NCBI GenBank assembly: GCA_026196105.1
Contig: JAPHRK010000002.1
Span: 12,566-76,565 of the forward strand
From: Rhodospirillales bacterium
GTDB taxonomy: Bacteria; Pseudomonadota; Alphaproteobacteria; Rhodospirillales; JAPHRK01
DNA: 64,000 nt
Direction of reading: 5' to 3'
The translations under genes and the position numbers were made by a program. This document shows positions 20,353 through 31,339 of this stretch, one piece after another; positions within the stretch are counted from its first letter, which is position 1, and each line of letters begins with the position of its first letter. The notes beneath the pieces were generated by a model. The model was not told the origin of the DNA and did no database searches. It saw only the letters and a program-made list of their open reading frames with translations.

Positions 20353-21279
20353 TTATACGCCAGCCATGGCAGCAACTTCAGCCGCGTAGTCTTCTTCTTG
20401 TTTCTCAATGCCATCACCGAGAGCAAAGCGAAGGAAACCAGTAACTTTAACATCTGAGCCAATATCTTTGGCGGCTTCTTCAACAGCTTTTCCAACAGTT
20501 TTGTCTGTATCCATAACGAAATCTTGCTCTAGCAAGCAGACTTCTTGGTAGAACTTACGAATACGACCTTCGACCATTTTCTCAGCAATTTCCTGAGGCT
20601 TGCCAGAAGCTTTAGCTTGTTCGATCAAAACATTACGTTCCCGATCGATAACTTCTTGAGGCAAAGAATCGCGATCAAGTGATTCTGGGTTGGTTGCAGC
20701 AACGTGCATGGCAACTTGTTTACCAAGAGCCGCAAGTTTGTCTACATCGCCATCAGATTCGACAGCGACCAAGACGCCAATTTTACCGAGACCTGGTTTC
20801 AATGCACCGTGCATGTAAGCAGAAACAACACCAGAATTAACGCTAAGGCCACCAGTACGACGAAGGTTCATATTTTCGCCGATGGAGCCAACCATCTCAG
20901 TGATGAATTCTTCAACGTTTTTGTCGCTTCCTGGGAAAGCTGCAACTTTAGTTTTGTCAAAATCGCCATCATTTGAGAGAGCGACATTTGCAACACCAGA
21001 AACCATATCTTGGAAAGCTTCGTTACGTGAAACGAAGTCTGTTTCAGCATTCAGCTCGATGACAACGCCTTTATTGCCTTCTGCTGCGAAACCCACAAGG
21101 CCTTCAGCGGCAACACGGCCAGATTTTTTAGCAGCTGAAGCCAAACCTTTTTGGCGGAGCCAATCAATAGCGTTTTCAACATCGCCATCACATTCGGTCA
21201 GGGCTTTTTTGCAATCCATCATGCCTGCGCCAGATTTCTCGCGTAGGTCTTTTACGAGTGCGGCTGTGATTTGAGCCAT
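20353..21279 (-). CDS. tsf: Elongation factor Ts
   Basis: MAQITAALVKDLREKSGAGMMDCKKAL (UBA-like N-terminus). ATG at 21279 has an AGGAAGAG Shine-Dalgarno; the track ORF to 21360 is an upstream extension overlapping rpsB. Confidence 0.95.
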   Translation of the reverse strand: MAQITAALVKDLREKSGAGMMDCKKALTECDGDVENAIDWLRQKGLASAAKKSGRVAAEGLVGFAAEGNKGVVIELNAETDFVSRNEAFQDMVSGVANVALSNDGDFDKTKVAAFPGSDKNVEEFITEMVGSIGENMNLRRTGGLSVNSGVVSAYMHGALKPGLGKIGVLVAVESDGDVDKLAALGKQVAMHVAATNPESLDRDSLPQEVIDRERNVLIEQAKASGKPQEIAEKMVEGRIRKFYQEVCLLEQDFVMDTDKTVGKAVEEAAKDIGSDVKVTGFLRFALGDGIEKQEEDYAAEVAAMAGV

Positions 21280-21319
21280 TTTTTCTCTTCCTATAAAAAG
21301 AGTGTCTAAACAATAAGCT

Positions 21320-22147
21320 TTAAGCGTCAGCAGCCGGTGTGGCTTCTTCAGCAGGCGCAACCGCTTCAGCAGGAGCAGCTTCTACAGCAGCAACCTCAGC
21401 AGGAATTTCTTCAACTGGAGCCTCTTCTTGCTCACCAAGATCAGCACCAGAAGCAGACAATTCAGCTTGCAGACCATCAACAACGGCACCACTGATCAGA
21501 TCACAATAGAGATTGATCGCACGAAGTGAGTCATCGTTACCTGGAATTGGGTAATCAATGCCATCGCAAGGACTATTACTATCAAGAACAGCAATAACTG
21601 GAATGCCAAGTTTGTTAGCTTCCTGAATTGCGATTTTCTCTTTGATGGTATCAATAACGAAAACCATACTAGGCAGTCCGCCCATGTCTTTAATACCACC
21701 AAGGGCACGCTCTAGCTTATCGCGCTCACGGGTAAGACCAAGAAGCTCTTTCTTAGTAAAGCCGGCAGTTTCGCCTTCAAGTTGGCTTTCAACGTCACGA
21801 AGACGTTTGATTGATTTAGAAATTGTTTGCCAGTTGGTCATCATGCCGCCGAGCCAGCGGTGGTTGACGAAGTACTGGCCAGCGCCTTTTGAAGACTCAG
21901 CAATTTTGTCTTGAGCCTGACGTTTGGTACCTACGTATAGTACACGTCCGCCACCAGCAACAACGTCACGTACAGCGACGAGAGCTTGATGAAGCAGAGG
22001 AACGGTTTGCTGAAGATCAAGGATGTGAATGCCATTACGAATACCAAAGATGTATTGATCCATCTTAGGGTTCCAACGACGGGTGGTATGTCCAAAGTGT
22101 ACACCAGCTTCCAAGAGCTGACGCATGGTAAAGTCAGGCAACGCCAT
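21320..22147 (-). CDS. rpsB: 30S ribosomal protein S2, with an Ala/Glu/Pro-rich C-terminal tail
   Basis: [32 protein letters not shown] at 22147 has an AAAGGAAA Shine-Dalgarno. The tail is [35 protein letters not shown]. Confidence 0.95.
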   Translation of the reverse strand: MALPDFTMRQLLEAGVHFGHTTRRWNPKMDQYIFGIRNGIHILDLQQTVPLLHQALVAVRDVVAGGGRVLYVGTKRQAQDKIAESSKGAGQYFVNHRWLGGMMTNWQTISKSIKRLRDVESQLEGETAGFTKKELLGLTRERDKLERALGGIKDMGGLPSMVFVIDTIKEKIAIQEANKLGIPVIAVLDSNSPCDGIDYPIPGNDDSLRAINLYCDLISGAVVDGLQAELSASGADLGEQEEAPVEEIPAEVAAVEAAPAEAVAPAEEATPAADA

Positions 22148-22276
22148 GTGCGTATTTCCTTTTCCGGTTAATCCTCCACAGACCGTGTACCAAAAATCAT
22201 TTTTTAGCACCGGAGCGAGCATGCGATGAATTTGCACCGCCGACCACAAGCCTGTGTGTGTAATAATAGAGGCGGC

Positions 22277-22305
22277 TAAATAGACGAGGATTGAGAGGAT
22301 TGCAA
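22277..22305 (-). promoter_or_regulatory. Candidate sigma70 promoter for rpsB-tsf
   Basis: Minus strand reads TTGCAA-17 nt-TATTTA, about 125 nt upstream of the rpsB ATG. Sequence match only. Confidence 0.35.
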
Positions 22306-22350
22306 GGTATAATAAAGTTTTTCCAAACTTCTTTACTTATTTTATTACTT

Positions 22351-23133
22351 TTAGTGAGCCGTCCAACCACCATCCATGGGGATTGCTGTCCCCGTTAGGG
22401 AAGCGGCACCGTCAGAACAGAGGTAAGTCGCTAAAGCTCCTAATTCCTCAAGACCGACGAACTTTTTTGTCGCTTGTGGAGCTAACATAATGTCATTGAT
22501 AACTTGGTCTTCTGAAATTCCGCGAGCTTTCGCTGTATTGGGGATTTGCTTTTCGACAAGAGGCGTCAACACGTAACCGGGACAAATAGCATTACAGGTA
22601 ATCCCTTGTGCTGCAACTTCTAGAGCCACTGTCTTGGTCATTCCTAATAATCCATGTTTGGCAGTCACATAAGCGGATTTGTAAGGCGAGGCAACCAAAG
22701 CGTGAGCAGAAGCAATATTAATGACTCGCCCCCACCCTTTGCTCTTCATGCCGGGTAGAACGGCCTTCGTGGTATGAAAGGCTGAATTCATATTAATATC
22801 TATAATCGCATTCCACTTATCATCTGGGAACTCATCAATCGGAGAGACAAATTGAATCCCCGCATTATTAACAAGGACATCAATAATTTCGAACTCATTT
22901 AAAGCCAATGACATCATTTTGGCTATTTCGACCGGATCACTCATATCCGCAGAGAAATAAAACACCTTAACTCCATAAGTTTTCTCAATATCTGCCCGAA
23001 TATCCTCAGCTTGGTCTGCAGGACGAGAGCCATTAAGAACGATATCAGCTCCCACAGCAGCGAGAGATTGCGCAACTGCAAGACCTATCCCGCTTGTAGA
23101 ACCTGTAACAAGAGCAACTTTATTCTTAAGCAA
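22351..23133 (-). CDS. bdhA: 3-hydroxybutyrate dehydrogenase (SDR family)
   Basis: 260 aa with TGSTSGIG cofactor motif, YVTAKHG (YxxxK) and GITCNAICPGYVLTPLVEKQI, typical of BDH. Confidence 0.8.
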   Translation of the reverse strand: MLKNKVALVTGSTSGIGLAVAQSLAAVGADIVLNGSRPADQAEDIRADIEKTYGVKVFYFSADMSDPVEIAKMMSLALNEFEIIDVLVNNAGIQFVSPIDEFPDDKWNAIIDINMNSAFHTTKAVLPGMKSKGWGRVINIASAHALVASPYKSAYVTAKHGLLGMTKTVALEVAAQGITCNAICPGYVLTPLVEKQIPNTAKARGISEDQVINDIMLAPQATKKFVGLEELGALATYLCSDGAASLTGTAIPMDGGWTAH

Positions 23134-23162
23134 CGATCAAAACTCCAAATTATTTATTCACT

Positions 23163-23609
23163 TTAATCAAAACAGCAACAGGACAGAATTTCACAAATTT
23201 CCCCATCTTTGCTCATCGGCATAGCAACGCGGTACCAATTTTTGTGATCTGATCTTTCTTGCCAATCAAAAACACCGCTTAAATAAACGGTAAGTTTTGA
23301 TCTTAGTATGGAATCATCCAAGGATCTGAAAAAGTTAGCGACCTGTCCAAATTCAGCTTCCGTGAAAAGTTTCCCGGTGAGATCAACTTTATAGGCTGAT
23401 ACACACTCTTTTCCATAGTAGCTGAATCTATAATCTTCTTCCCCTTTACCCTTTGTCGCAATTATCAAGTTATCTCTAAAAACATCAAGTTCAGGGATAT
23501 TGATAGATGCCCCATCCACAACTTTGTCACGCACTATAGTTTCAATAGCTTTCACAAAATTAATGAGCAAAGGTTGAGCTTTGGCTTTGTTACAATCAAG
23601 TTTAATCAA
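23163..23609 (-). CDS. Small PAS_5 (DUF1457)-like protein, function unknown
   Basis: 148 aa. The C-terminal ...WYRVAMPMSKDGEICEILSCCCFD resembles the ...RLLLPL..DG.....IL ending of alphaproteobacterial PAS_5 proteins. The assignment is from recollection only. Confidence 0.5.
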   Translation of the reverse strand: MIKLDCNKAKAQPLLINFVKAIETIVRDKVVDGASINIPELDVFRDNLIIATKGKGEEDYRFSYYGKECVSAYKVDLTGKLFTEAEFGQVANFFRSLDDSILRSKLTVYLSGVFDWQERSDHKNWYRVAMPMSKDGEICEILSCCCFD

Positions 23610-23658
23610 TTCAATTGGCCTAAAAATACTAGCGATGCGATAATATAGGACGCATCAT

Positions 23659-23685
23659 AAAAAAACAGAACTTGGGTATAGTTCT
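23659..23685 (-). terminator. Weak candidate rho-independent terminator after dnaE
   Basis: Minus strand reads AGAACT-ataccca-AGTTCT followed by GTTTTTTT. The stem is only 6 bp and AT-rich. Confidence 0.35.
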
Positions 23686-23720
23686 TGGGCCAAACAAGAA
23701 GTTTATACTATTATTTTACC

Positions 23721-26700
23721 CTAAGTTTCCTGGACGTCCACTATTCCTGGTATTGCCTTTACAGCTTGTAACAACTGAGGCGAAATCGAGTAGGTTTCTT
23801 TTAGTTTTACATCGGCTTCTTTAGTAAGACTTAAGCGAGCCGTGAGGACAACTTCACCTCGCCCCTTCCCTTCTCGTTCAAGAATTTCTTTAATCAATGG
23901 CAGAGGTGCTTCTGAATCGACAAAGACTTTCAAACCAGATGAAGAACGGGCAACAACCTCATCTAAAGACTCAATTTTATTAGCAATAAAACGAATCCCT
24001 TCGCCTTCAAATGTTGCTGAACCTTTGATGAAAATTGATTGCCCAACTTCGAGCAAACCTTCAGCGGCATTAAGCTGGTCAGAGAACAGGGTAACTTCAA
24101 AAGCCCCTGTAGCATCGGACATATCAACGAAGGCAAATTTGTTGCCTTTCTTTGAGGTTTTAACCTTTTTACCAATGATCGTCCCAGCAATACTTATCGG
24201 CTTAGACTCTCCGGATTGCACAATCTCACTGTAGGTCAATGCCTTGAGACGTTTAAGTGTTTTGCCATAAGCATCTAGAGGGTGAGCAGAGAGGTAAAAG
24301 CCGAGAGCATCAAATTCATGCTTTAGACGGTCCATCAACGGCCACTCAGGTTTATTTGGCAGTTTAGCAGCTGCAACAACTGCCGCATCATCGGCCCCAA
24401 ACATCCCTATTTGGTTGCCATTGCGCTCTTTTGCGGCTTGGGAGGCATGATTGAGGATTTGTTCAATACCGCTATGGATTTGATGACGGTTGTTATTCAG
24501 ACTATCAAAAGCCCCAGAACGTACCAAATTTTCAAGCTGTCGCTTGTTCACAACCTTGGTGTCTAGTCGATTAGCAAAATCAAAAATGTCTGTGTAAGGA
24601 CCGTTTTTCTCTCGTTCCTCAATGACAGACTCCATCGCCGCTTCGCCGACATTCTTAATCGCAGCCAATGCATAGCGAATAGCCCTTTCACCATTCTCAA
24701 GTACTTCAACCGCAAAAGTGACTTTCGATTTATTGATGTCAGGGGTGAGAAGCTTGATCCCTTGTTTCTCTAATTCTTGACGGAAAACATTCAGTTTATC
24801 CGTATTATTGAGGTCCAATGTCATAGAACCTGCAATAAATTCAACGGGATAATTGGCTTTTAAGTAGGCGGTTTGATAAGCAATGAGGGCGTAAGCAGCG
24901 GCGTGTGATTTATTGAAACCATAGCCCGCGAACTTATTCACCTGGTCAAAAATTTCCGAAGCTTTTTGCCCTGGGACACTGCGCGCGACAGCCCCTTCAA
25001 CAAAAATTTTCCGTTGATTATCCATCTCCTCTTTAATCTTTTTACCCATAGCCCGGCGCAAAAGGTCAGCGCCGCCAAGGGTATAGCCAGAAAGCTCCTG
25101 GGCAATCTGCATGACCTGTTCTTGATAGATCATAATGCCGTAAGTTTCTTCCAAGATCGGCTTGAGGGTCGGATAGAGATAATCCGGCTCTTCCTCCCCA
25201 TGCTTACGACGAATGTAAGCTGGGATATTATCCATTGGGCCTGGACGATAAAGAGCCACCACAGCGATAAGGTCTTCCAGACTATCAGGTTTCATATTGC
25301 GAAGAACATCCCGCATACCAGTAGATTCCAACTGGAAAACACCTGTTGTATCGCCCTTAGTCAGCATCTTGTATGTAAGTTCGTCATCAAAGGGGAGATT
25401 AGTTAGATCAACAGTGTCTCCCCTCTCTTCAATATGTTCTAAAGCCCTGGCAAGAACCGTCAGTGTTTTCAGACCCAAAAAGTCAAACTTGATCAGCCCC
25501 GTATTCTCAACATATTTCATGTTGTACTGGGTGACCGGCATGTCTGACCTCGGGTCACGGTAAAGAGGCACTAATTGATCAAGGGGCCTGTCCCCAATCA
25601 CCACACCGGCAGCATGAGTTGAGGCGTGGCGATAAAGTCCCTCTAGTTTTTTCGCAATCCCAAACAACCGTTCCACAGATTGTTCATCTCGGATCATCTC
25701 CCTCAGTTGCGGCTCCATATCCAGGGCCTCTTGCAATGAGGGTGGATTGGCAGGATTAGCAGGGATAAGATTGGAAATTCGGTTTACTTGTGGGTATGGC
25801 ATCTCCAAAACCCGCCCGACGTCGCGAATACAGGCTTTGGCTTGCAGTTTTCCGAATGTGATAATCTGAGCCACGTGATCATAGCCGTATTTATCCTGCA
25901 CATACTTGATCACCAACTCCCGCCTATCCTGACAGAAATCGATATCGAAATCAGGCATAGATACCCGTTCCGGGTTCAAGAAACGTTCAAAGAGAAGACC
26001 AAAACGCAAGGGGTCCAAATCAGTAATGGTTAATGACCAAGCAACCACTGACCCCGCACCAGAACCACGACCTGGTCCTACAGGGATATCATTCACCTTC
26101 GACCAGGCAATAAAATCAGCCACGATGAGGAAGTAACCTGGAAACCCCATTTGGATAATGACATCAAGCTCGTAATCTAAGCGCTCAAAATAAGGTCTTC
26201 CTATTTTAGTGCGCTCTTCGTCACTCATTTCTGGGGTGTAAAGCTGAACCTCAAGGCGTTTTTCAAGCCCTTCCTTGCTTTGATGACGAAGCTCTTCTTC
26301 TTCCGTTCGCCCTTCTCCACCATCATAAGGTGGCAGTAAAGGAGGCATGTTATGGACTTTAGCCGCACACCGCTTGGCAATGACGATTGTATTATCAATG
26401 GCTTCAGGAATATCAGCGAACAACTCCCGCATTTCTGTGGCTGACTTAAAACGGTGATTAACCGTCAACTTGCGGCGTTCGTCTTGGCTTACATAAGCAC
26501 TAGCAGCAATACACAGCAATGCATCATGGGCTTCGTACATATCGGAAGTGGCAAAGAAAGCTTCATTGGTGGCCACCAAAGGAATGTCGTGTTTATAAGC
26601 CAAATCAATCAGCTTAGGCTCGATAAGCTCCTCAACCTCTAAGCCATGGCGCATTAGCTCTATGTAGAGCCGCCCTTCAAAAGCCTCTTTAAGTTGCAAA

Positions 26701-27197
26701 AGAACCGTTTCGGCAGCTTCATCCTGCCCTTCTGCTAGCAAACGACCCACAGGGCCACCTGGACCACCCGTGAGGGCAATCAGGCCTTCATTGCTCTCTT
26801 TAAAGGCTTCCAGAACTACTTGTGGCTCAGCACCGTCCTCACTATCAAGATAGGCACTGCTGAGCAGTTTCATGATGTTTTTGTAGCCCGTATCGTTTTG
26901 AACTAGCAAAATAACCTGATCAGGCTCTTCGGGAGGACCACTACGGAGCGCTTTACGGCTTCCTCCTTCTCCAACTTTGGTAACCCCAAGCTGAGTTCCT
27001 AAGATAGGTTGAATGCCCGCCCCAAGACAGCCACCAGAAAACTCCATACCACCAAACAGATTATTGGTATCGGTAATCGCCACGGCAGGCATGACCATAT
27101 CACGGCACATTTTGGTCAATTCCTTGACCCGAATGGCCCCTTCAGAAAGGGAATAAGCCGTATGGACTCTTAAATGAACAAAATCAGCATGAGACAT
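23721..27197 (-). CDS. dnaE: DNA polymerase III alpha subunit
   Basis: 1158 aa with N-terminal PHP domain (FVHLRVHTAYSLSEGA), GLIKFDFLGLKTL, the YGFNKSHAAAYA finger region and a C-terminal OB fold. Confidence 0.97.
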   Translation of the reverse strand: MSHADFVHLRVHTAYSLSEGAIRVKELTKMCRDMVMPAVAITDTNNLFGGMEFSGGCLGAGIQPILGTQLGVTKVGEGGSRKALRSGPPEEPDQVILLVQNDTGYKNIMKLLSSAYLDSEDGAEPQVVLEAFKESNEGLIALTGGPGGPVGRLLAEGQDEAAETVLLQLKEAFEGRLYIELMRHGLEVEELIEPKLIDLAYKHDIPLVATNEAFFATSDMYEAHDALLCIAASAYVSQDERRKLTVNHRFKSATEMRELFADIPEAIDNTIVIAKRCAAKVHNMPPLLPPYDGGEGRTEEEELRHQSKEGLEKRLEVQLYTPEMSDEERTKIGRPYFERLDYELDVIIQMGFPGYFLIVADFIAWSKVNDIPVGPGRGSGAGSVVAWSLTITDLDPLRFGLLFERFLNPERVSMPDFDIDFCQDRRELVIKYVQDKYGYDHVAQIITFGKLQAKACIRDVGRVLEMPYPQVNRISNLIPANPANPPSLQEALDMEPQLREMIRDEQSVERLFGIAKKLEGLYRHASTHAAGVVIGDRPLDQLVPLYRDPRSDMPVTQYNMKYVENTGLIKFDFLGLKTLTVLARALEHIEERGDTVDLTNLPFDDELTYKMLTKGDTTGVFQLESTGMRDVLRNMKPDSLEDLIAVVALYRPGPMDNIPAYIRRKHGEEEPDYLYPTLKPILEETYGIMIYQEQVMQIAQELSGYTLGGADLLRRAMGKKIKEEMDNQRKIFVEGAVARSVPGQKASEIFDQVNKFAGYGFNKSHAAAYALIAYQTAYLKANYPVEFIAGSMTLDLNNTDKLNVFRQELEKQGIKLLTPDINKSKVTFAVEVLENGERAIRYALAAIKNVGEAAMESVIEEREKNGPYTDIFDFANRLDTKVVNKRQLENLVRSGAFDSLNNNRHQIHSGIEQILNHASQAAKERNGNQIGMFGADDAAVVAAAKLPNKPEWPLMDRLKHEFDALGFYLSAHPLDAYGKTLKRLKALTYSEIVQSGESKPISIAGTIIGKKVKTSKKGNKFAFVDMSDATGAFEVTLFSDQLNAAEGLLEVGQSIFIKGSATFEGEGIRFIANKIESLDEVVARSSSGLKVFVDSEAPLPLIKEILEREGKGRGEVVLTARLSLTKEADVKLKETYSISPQLLQAVKAIPGIVDVQET

Positions 27198-27272
27198 AAA
27201 TTAAAAATCCCATCCTAAAGGCTTTGGTGCAACGGTTAATGACGGGGATAACTCACTGCGTTGGGGAAAAGT

Positions 27273-27965
27273 CTATACCTCTTGAAGGGTACCATCCACT
27301 AAGGTAACCGCCCGATCCATTTTTTTGGCGAGTTCTGGATTGTGGGTTGCAATCAATGCAGCCAGGCCAGAGCCTTTTACTAGCTTAAGCAACAATCCAA
27401 AAACACGCTCAGCAGTGTTTGGGTCTAAGTTACCTGTTGGTTCATCAGCGAGGAGAACGGCTGGTGCATTTGCAAGGGCCCGGGCAATGGCGACCCGTTG
27501 CTGTTCACCACCTGATAGTTGCCCGGGGCGGTGGTCGGCCCTTTCGGTCAGGGCCATGTATTCAAGCAAATCATTGGCTCGAGTTGCTGCGGTTTCTTTA
27601 TCCAAACCACCGATAATCTGGGGGATAACAATATTTTCTACAGCTGAAAACTCTGGTAGCAGATGGTGATATTGATAAACAAACCCTAAGCTATCACGCC
27701 TGATTTGGGTACGGTCACGGTCATTGAGGCTAGAACAATCAGTTCCCCCAACCTTAATTACCCCGCCATCTGGGGCTTCGAGCAATCCCGCAATCTGCAG
27801 CAACGTCGATTTACCGGAACCGGAAGGCCCTACAAGAGCAACGATTTCCCCAGCTTTAATAGTGAGGTCAATGCCACGCAACACCTCAAGGGTTTTCTCT
27901 CCTTGGGTAAAGGAACGCTTTATACCGCTAAGAACCAAGGCTTCTTTATCAAAAAGGTCACTCAT
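27273..27965 (-). CDS. lolD: Lipoprotein-releasing ABC transporter ATP-binding protein
   Basis: Walker [10 protein letters not shown], signature LSGGEQQR and Walker [15 protein letters not shown] at 27965 overlaps the lolE stop by 8 nt; the track start at 28040 is an extension. Confidence 0.9.
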   Translation of the reverse strand: MSDLFDKEALVLSGIKRSFTQGEKTLEVLRGIDLTIKAGEIVALVGPSGSGKSTLLQIAGLLEAPDGGVIKVGGTDCSSLNDRDRTQIRRDSLGFVYQYHHLLPEFSAVENIVIPQIIGGLDKETAATRANDLLEYMALTERADHRPGQLSGGEQQRVAIARALANAPAVLLADEPTGNLDPNTAERVFGLLLKLVKGSGLAALIATHNPELAKKMDRAVTLVDGTLQEV

Positions 27966-29205
27966 AGCGCAATGCCTCAACCGGATCGAGACGCGCGGCC
28001 CTCCATGACGGGTAGATTGTAGCCAACAAGGAGATACCAAGCCCCATAAGGATCACTGTCAAAACTTCTGTCGGGTTTACCACAGCTGGAAGTTGGGACA
28101 GGAAGTATATCTCGGCGGCAAAAAGGTCAGTACCGGTAAGGCTCTGAATTCCTTGGCGAATTGATTCGATATTCAAAGAGAAAGCTAGACCTAACAGGGT
28201 TCCGCCGATCGTGCCAATTATCCCGACACTGGCGCCACTGAGGAAGAAAATACGTAAAATCATTCCCCGTGTCGCCCCCATGGTGCGCAAGATAGCGATG
28301 TCCTGGCCTTTGTCTTTAACCAACATGATTAAGCTGGAAATAATATTAAAGGCTGCAACGATTATGATCAAAGTCAGGATCAGGAACATCACATTACGTT
28401 CAACCTGCAAGGCATTGAAAAAGCTTGAATTATTCTGTTGCCAATCTGAAACCGACCCTTTCGTCCCAATCACTTTGAAGATTTGGTAAGCACGGTCGCG
28501 AGCCGTATCTGGGTGATCCGTCATGACCTCCAGAAAAGATACTTTATTTGGCATTCGGAAATAGGTTTGAGCTGCTTTCATTGGGAGATAAATAAATGAC
28601 GAGTCATACTCGTGCATCCCCACATTGAAGGTCGCTGCAATGGTATAGCCCTTCATGCGTGGTACAGTCCCAAAGGCAGTCACCCGGCCATTGGGCGAAA
28701 TCAAGGTTATCTTATCCCCTATTCTCAACCCAAGTTTTCGAGCTAAGCGATAACCGACAATTACCGTATCTTTCTTGCCAAAGTTCTCCAGATTTCCACC
28801 TTCGATAGCCTCAGCAACCAACGTCTTCTTACGTAAATCTTCAGGGGTAATGCCCCGAACCATAGCTCCGGTAGCATTTCCGCCCTTACCAGAGGCCATG
28901 ACTTGACCTTCGATCATCGGCGTCACCCGCTCAACACCACTAACAACCCGCACAACATCTGCAAGGGTTGCGTAATCCTTGAGACCTTCCTCGTAACCAT
29001 GGACTGTCACATGACCGTTAAGACCAAGGATACGACTGAGAAGTTCCTGCCTGAAGCCATTCATCACCGACATAACGATGATCAGCGTTGCCACACCTAA
29101 AGCGATCCCCAACAGGGAAAACCATGCAATAACCGAGATAAACCCTTCCCTACGGCGTGCCCGCAGGTAACGCATGGCCACCATCCATTCGAAGGGGGAA
29201 AACAC
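27958..29205 (-). CDS. lolE: Lipoprotein-releasing system permease (LolC/LolE family, FtsX/MacB fold)
   Basis: 415 aa with 4 TM helices and a large periplasmic loop. It ends ...[14 protein letters not shown] and is coupled to lolD. Confidence 0.88.
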   Translation of the reverse strand: MFSPFEWMVAMRYLRARRREGFISVIAWFSLLGIALGVATLIIVMSVMNGFRQELLSRILGLNGHVTVHGYEEGLKDYATLADVVRVVSGVERVTPMIEGQVMASGKGGNATGAMVRGITPEDLRKKTLVAEAIEGGNLENFGKKDTVIVGYRLARKLGLRIGDKITLISPNGRVTAFGTVPRMKGYTIAATFNVGMHEYDSSFIYLPMKAAQTYFRMPNKVSFLEVMTDHPDTARDRAYQIFKVIGTKGSVSDWQQNNSSFFNALQVERNVMFLILTLIIIVAAFNIISSLIMLVKDKGQDIAILRTMGATRGMILRIFFLSGASVGIIGTIGGTLLGLAFSLNIESIRQGIQSLTGTDLFAAEIYFLSQLPAVVNPTEVLTVILMGLGISLLATIYPSWRAARLDPVEALRYE

Positions 29206-29208
29206 CGC

Positions 29209-30528
29209 TTAGCCCACCAACTTTGACATTGCATCATCAAGGGAAAGCTCTTGCTTTTCACCTGAGGCGCGGTTTTTGAGTTCGACAACACCGTCTTTTA
29301 AGCCGCGGGGACCAACAACGAGCTGCCAAGGCAAACCGATGAGATCCATATTCGCAAATTTAGCCCCTGCCCGGTCTTTCCGGTCATCATAAAGCGCTTC
29401 TGCTCCGGCTGCATTCAGACGATTATAGAGGTCTTCACAAACGCTATCACAAAGCTCATCACCTGTTTTTAGGTTAATCAAGCCAACTTTGAAAGGCGCG
29501 ACACTCTCAGGCCAGATGATACCATTGTCATCATGGGAAGCTTCAATGATCCCACCAACAAGACGAGAAACACCAATACCGTACGAACCCATTTCAACAG
29601 CGACCTCTTTGCCTTCACCTGTAGTGACAACAGCCTTCATAGGCTCTGAGTATTTGGTGCCAAAATTAAAGATATGCCCGACTTCAATACCCCGAGCCGT
29701 CATTAGATCACTGCCTAATGCGGCACCTTTTGCTTCGTCATGCATTTCATCAGTAGCTGCATATTCAGCCGTAAACTTATTGACGGTCTCTTGTAAGCCA
29801 TCATGATCATTAAAATCGATATCCTCTTCAGGGATTTCCAAATCGAGATAATTTTTATGGCAAAAGACTTGGGATTCACCCGTATCAGCCAGGATCAAAA
29901 ACTCATGGCTCATGTCGCCACCGATGGGTCCGGTATCTGCTGCCATGGGAATAGCTTTCAATCCCATGCGTTGGAACGTCTTTAAGTAAGTTACGAACAT
30001 TTTGTTGTAAGATACTCTAGCACCAGCACTATCTAGATCAAATGAGTAACTATCTTTCATCAAAAACTCGCGACCACGCATCACACCAAAGCGGGGACGA
30101 ACTTCATCACGAAACTTCCACTGAATGTGATAAAGCATTTTTGGCAAGTCTTTATAGGAACGAACCGCACCTTTGAAAACTTCAGTTATCAACTCTTCAT
30201 TGGTTGGTCCATAGAGCATATCCCGATCATGGCGATCAGTAATGCGCAGCATTTCTTTGCCGTAATCTTCATACCTTCCGCTTTCCTTCCATAGGTCAGC
30301 AGATTGAATGGTCGGCATTAGCAATTCCTGGCACCCTGCTTTGTCTTGTTCTTCACGAACAATTTCTTCAACTTTTCTCAGAACCTTCAAACCAAGAGGC
30401 AACCAAGTATAGATACCCGCACTAGACTGACGAACCATCCCGGCGCGAAGCATCAGGCGGTGAGAGACAATTTGGGCCTCAGCAGGGTTTTCTTTTAGGG
30501 TCGGCAGAAAATACTCGGATAGTCTCAT
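29209..30528 (-). CDS. proS: Prolyl-tRNA synthetase (short form without the bacterial editing insertion)
   Basis: 439 aa, [30 protein letters not shown]..., with class II motifs. It lies 3 nt upstream of lolE. Confidence 0.93.
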   Translation of the reverse strand: MRLSEYFLPTLKENPAEAQIVSHRLMLRAGMVRQSSAGIYTWLPLGLKVLRKVEEIVREEQDKAGCQELLMPTIQSADLWKESGRYEDYGKEMLRITDRHDRDMLYGPTNEELITEVFKGAVRSYKDLPKMLYHIQWKFRDEVRPRFGVMRGREFLMKDSYSFDLDSAGARVSYNKMFVTYLKTFQRMGLKAIPMAADTGPIGGDMSHEFLILADTGESQVFCHKNYLDLEIPEEDIDFNDHDGLQETVNKFTAEYAATDEMHDEAKGAALGSDLMTARGIEVGHIFNFGTKYSEPMKAVVTTGEGKEVAVEMGSYGIGVSRLVGGIIEASHDDNGIIWPESVAPFKVGLINLKTGDELCDSVCEDLYNRLNAAGAEALYDDRKDRAGAKFANMDLIGLPWQLVVGPRGLKDGVVELKNRASGEKQELSLDDAMSKLVG

Positions 30529-30711
30529 GGCTTCCTCTATACGGGAGAATTAAGTTGTCCGAACTTTAGGCTAAGCGCCCTCTCAAGGCAACGGGACAAT
30601 CAAGGCTATTTGGGGGCAAAAGACAACAAATATCGGTATTCAACATCTTATGGCCTGATCATTTTTAATATTCTATATTTGTTTAGTAAAAATAGAACCT
30701 TGGAGACACCT

Positions 30712-31320
30712 TTGGAAATTCAAATTCTACTCTATGACCGTATGACAGCCCTAGACGCTATTGGCCCATACGAATGTTTAAGCCGGCTAGATGATGCTAT
30801 AATCAAAATGGTGGGATCAACGAAAGGTGAAATCAGAACTGATACAGGTTTTCTTGGCCTCACTGTTGACCATAGCGTTAATGACGTTGGTCCCTGTGAT
30901 ATCATTTTACTACCAGGTGGGGATTCACGGGCAGCTATGGCAGATGAAGAAATAAAATCTTGGATCATACGTCAGCACGAAACGACACGCTTTACGACTT
31001 CTGTTTGTACGGGTTCATTAATTCTTGCTGCGGCGGGAGTTATTCCAAATGGCAAAATTGCCAGTCATTGGGGAGCCGAAAAAATCATCCCTAAATTCGG
31101 GCTCAGCTATAGCGGCGAGCGTATTACACAAAACGGTAAAATTATTACAGCTGCAGGTGTATCTGCCGGAATTGATATGGGACTTTGGCTTTGTGAAGCG
31201 TTATCAGACCGTGAAATGGCACAAGCAATCGGGCTTGGCTTAGAATATAATCCACAACCACCTCACCCGTATAGAGATGATGATAAATTGCGTGAAATTG
31301 CGATTAAAAAAGTTACTTAA
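30712..31320 (+). CDS. DJ-1/PfpI-family protein (class I glutamine-amidotransferase-like)
   Basis: Nucleophile elbow SVCTGSLILAAAG and DIILLPGG. I prefer TTG at 30712 (MEIQILLYDRMTALDAIGPYE, GGAG 7 nt upstream). The track start at 30610 adds an implausible 34-aa leader. It is the only plus-strand gene between 7.4 and 62 kb. Confidence 0.8.
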   Translation: MEIQILLYDRMTALDAIGPYECLSRLDDAIIKMVGSTKGEIRTDTGFLGLTVDHSVNDVGPCDIILLPGGDSRAAMADEEIKSWIIRQHETTRFTTSVCTGSLILAAAGVIPNGKIASHWGAEKIIPKFGLSYSGERITQNGKIITAAGVSAGIDMGLWLCEALSDREMAQAIGLGLEYNPQPPHPYRDDDKLREIAIKKVT

Positions 31321-31339
31321 CTCGTTGAGTTATAGATTA

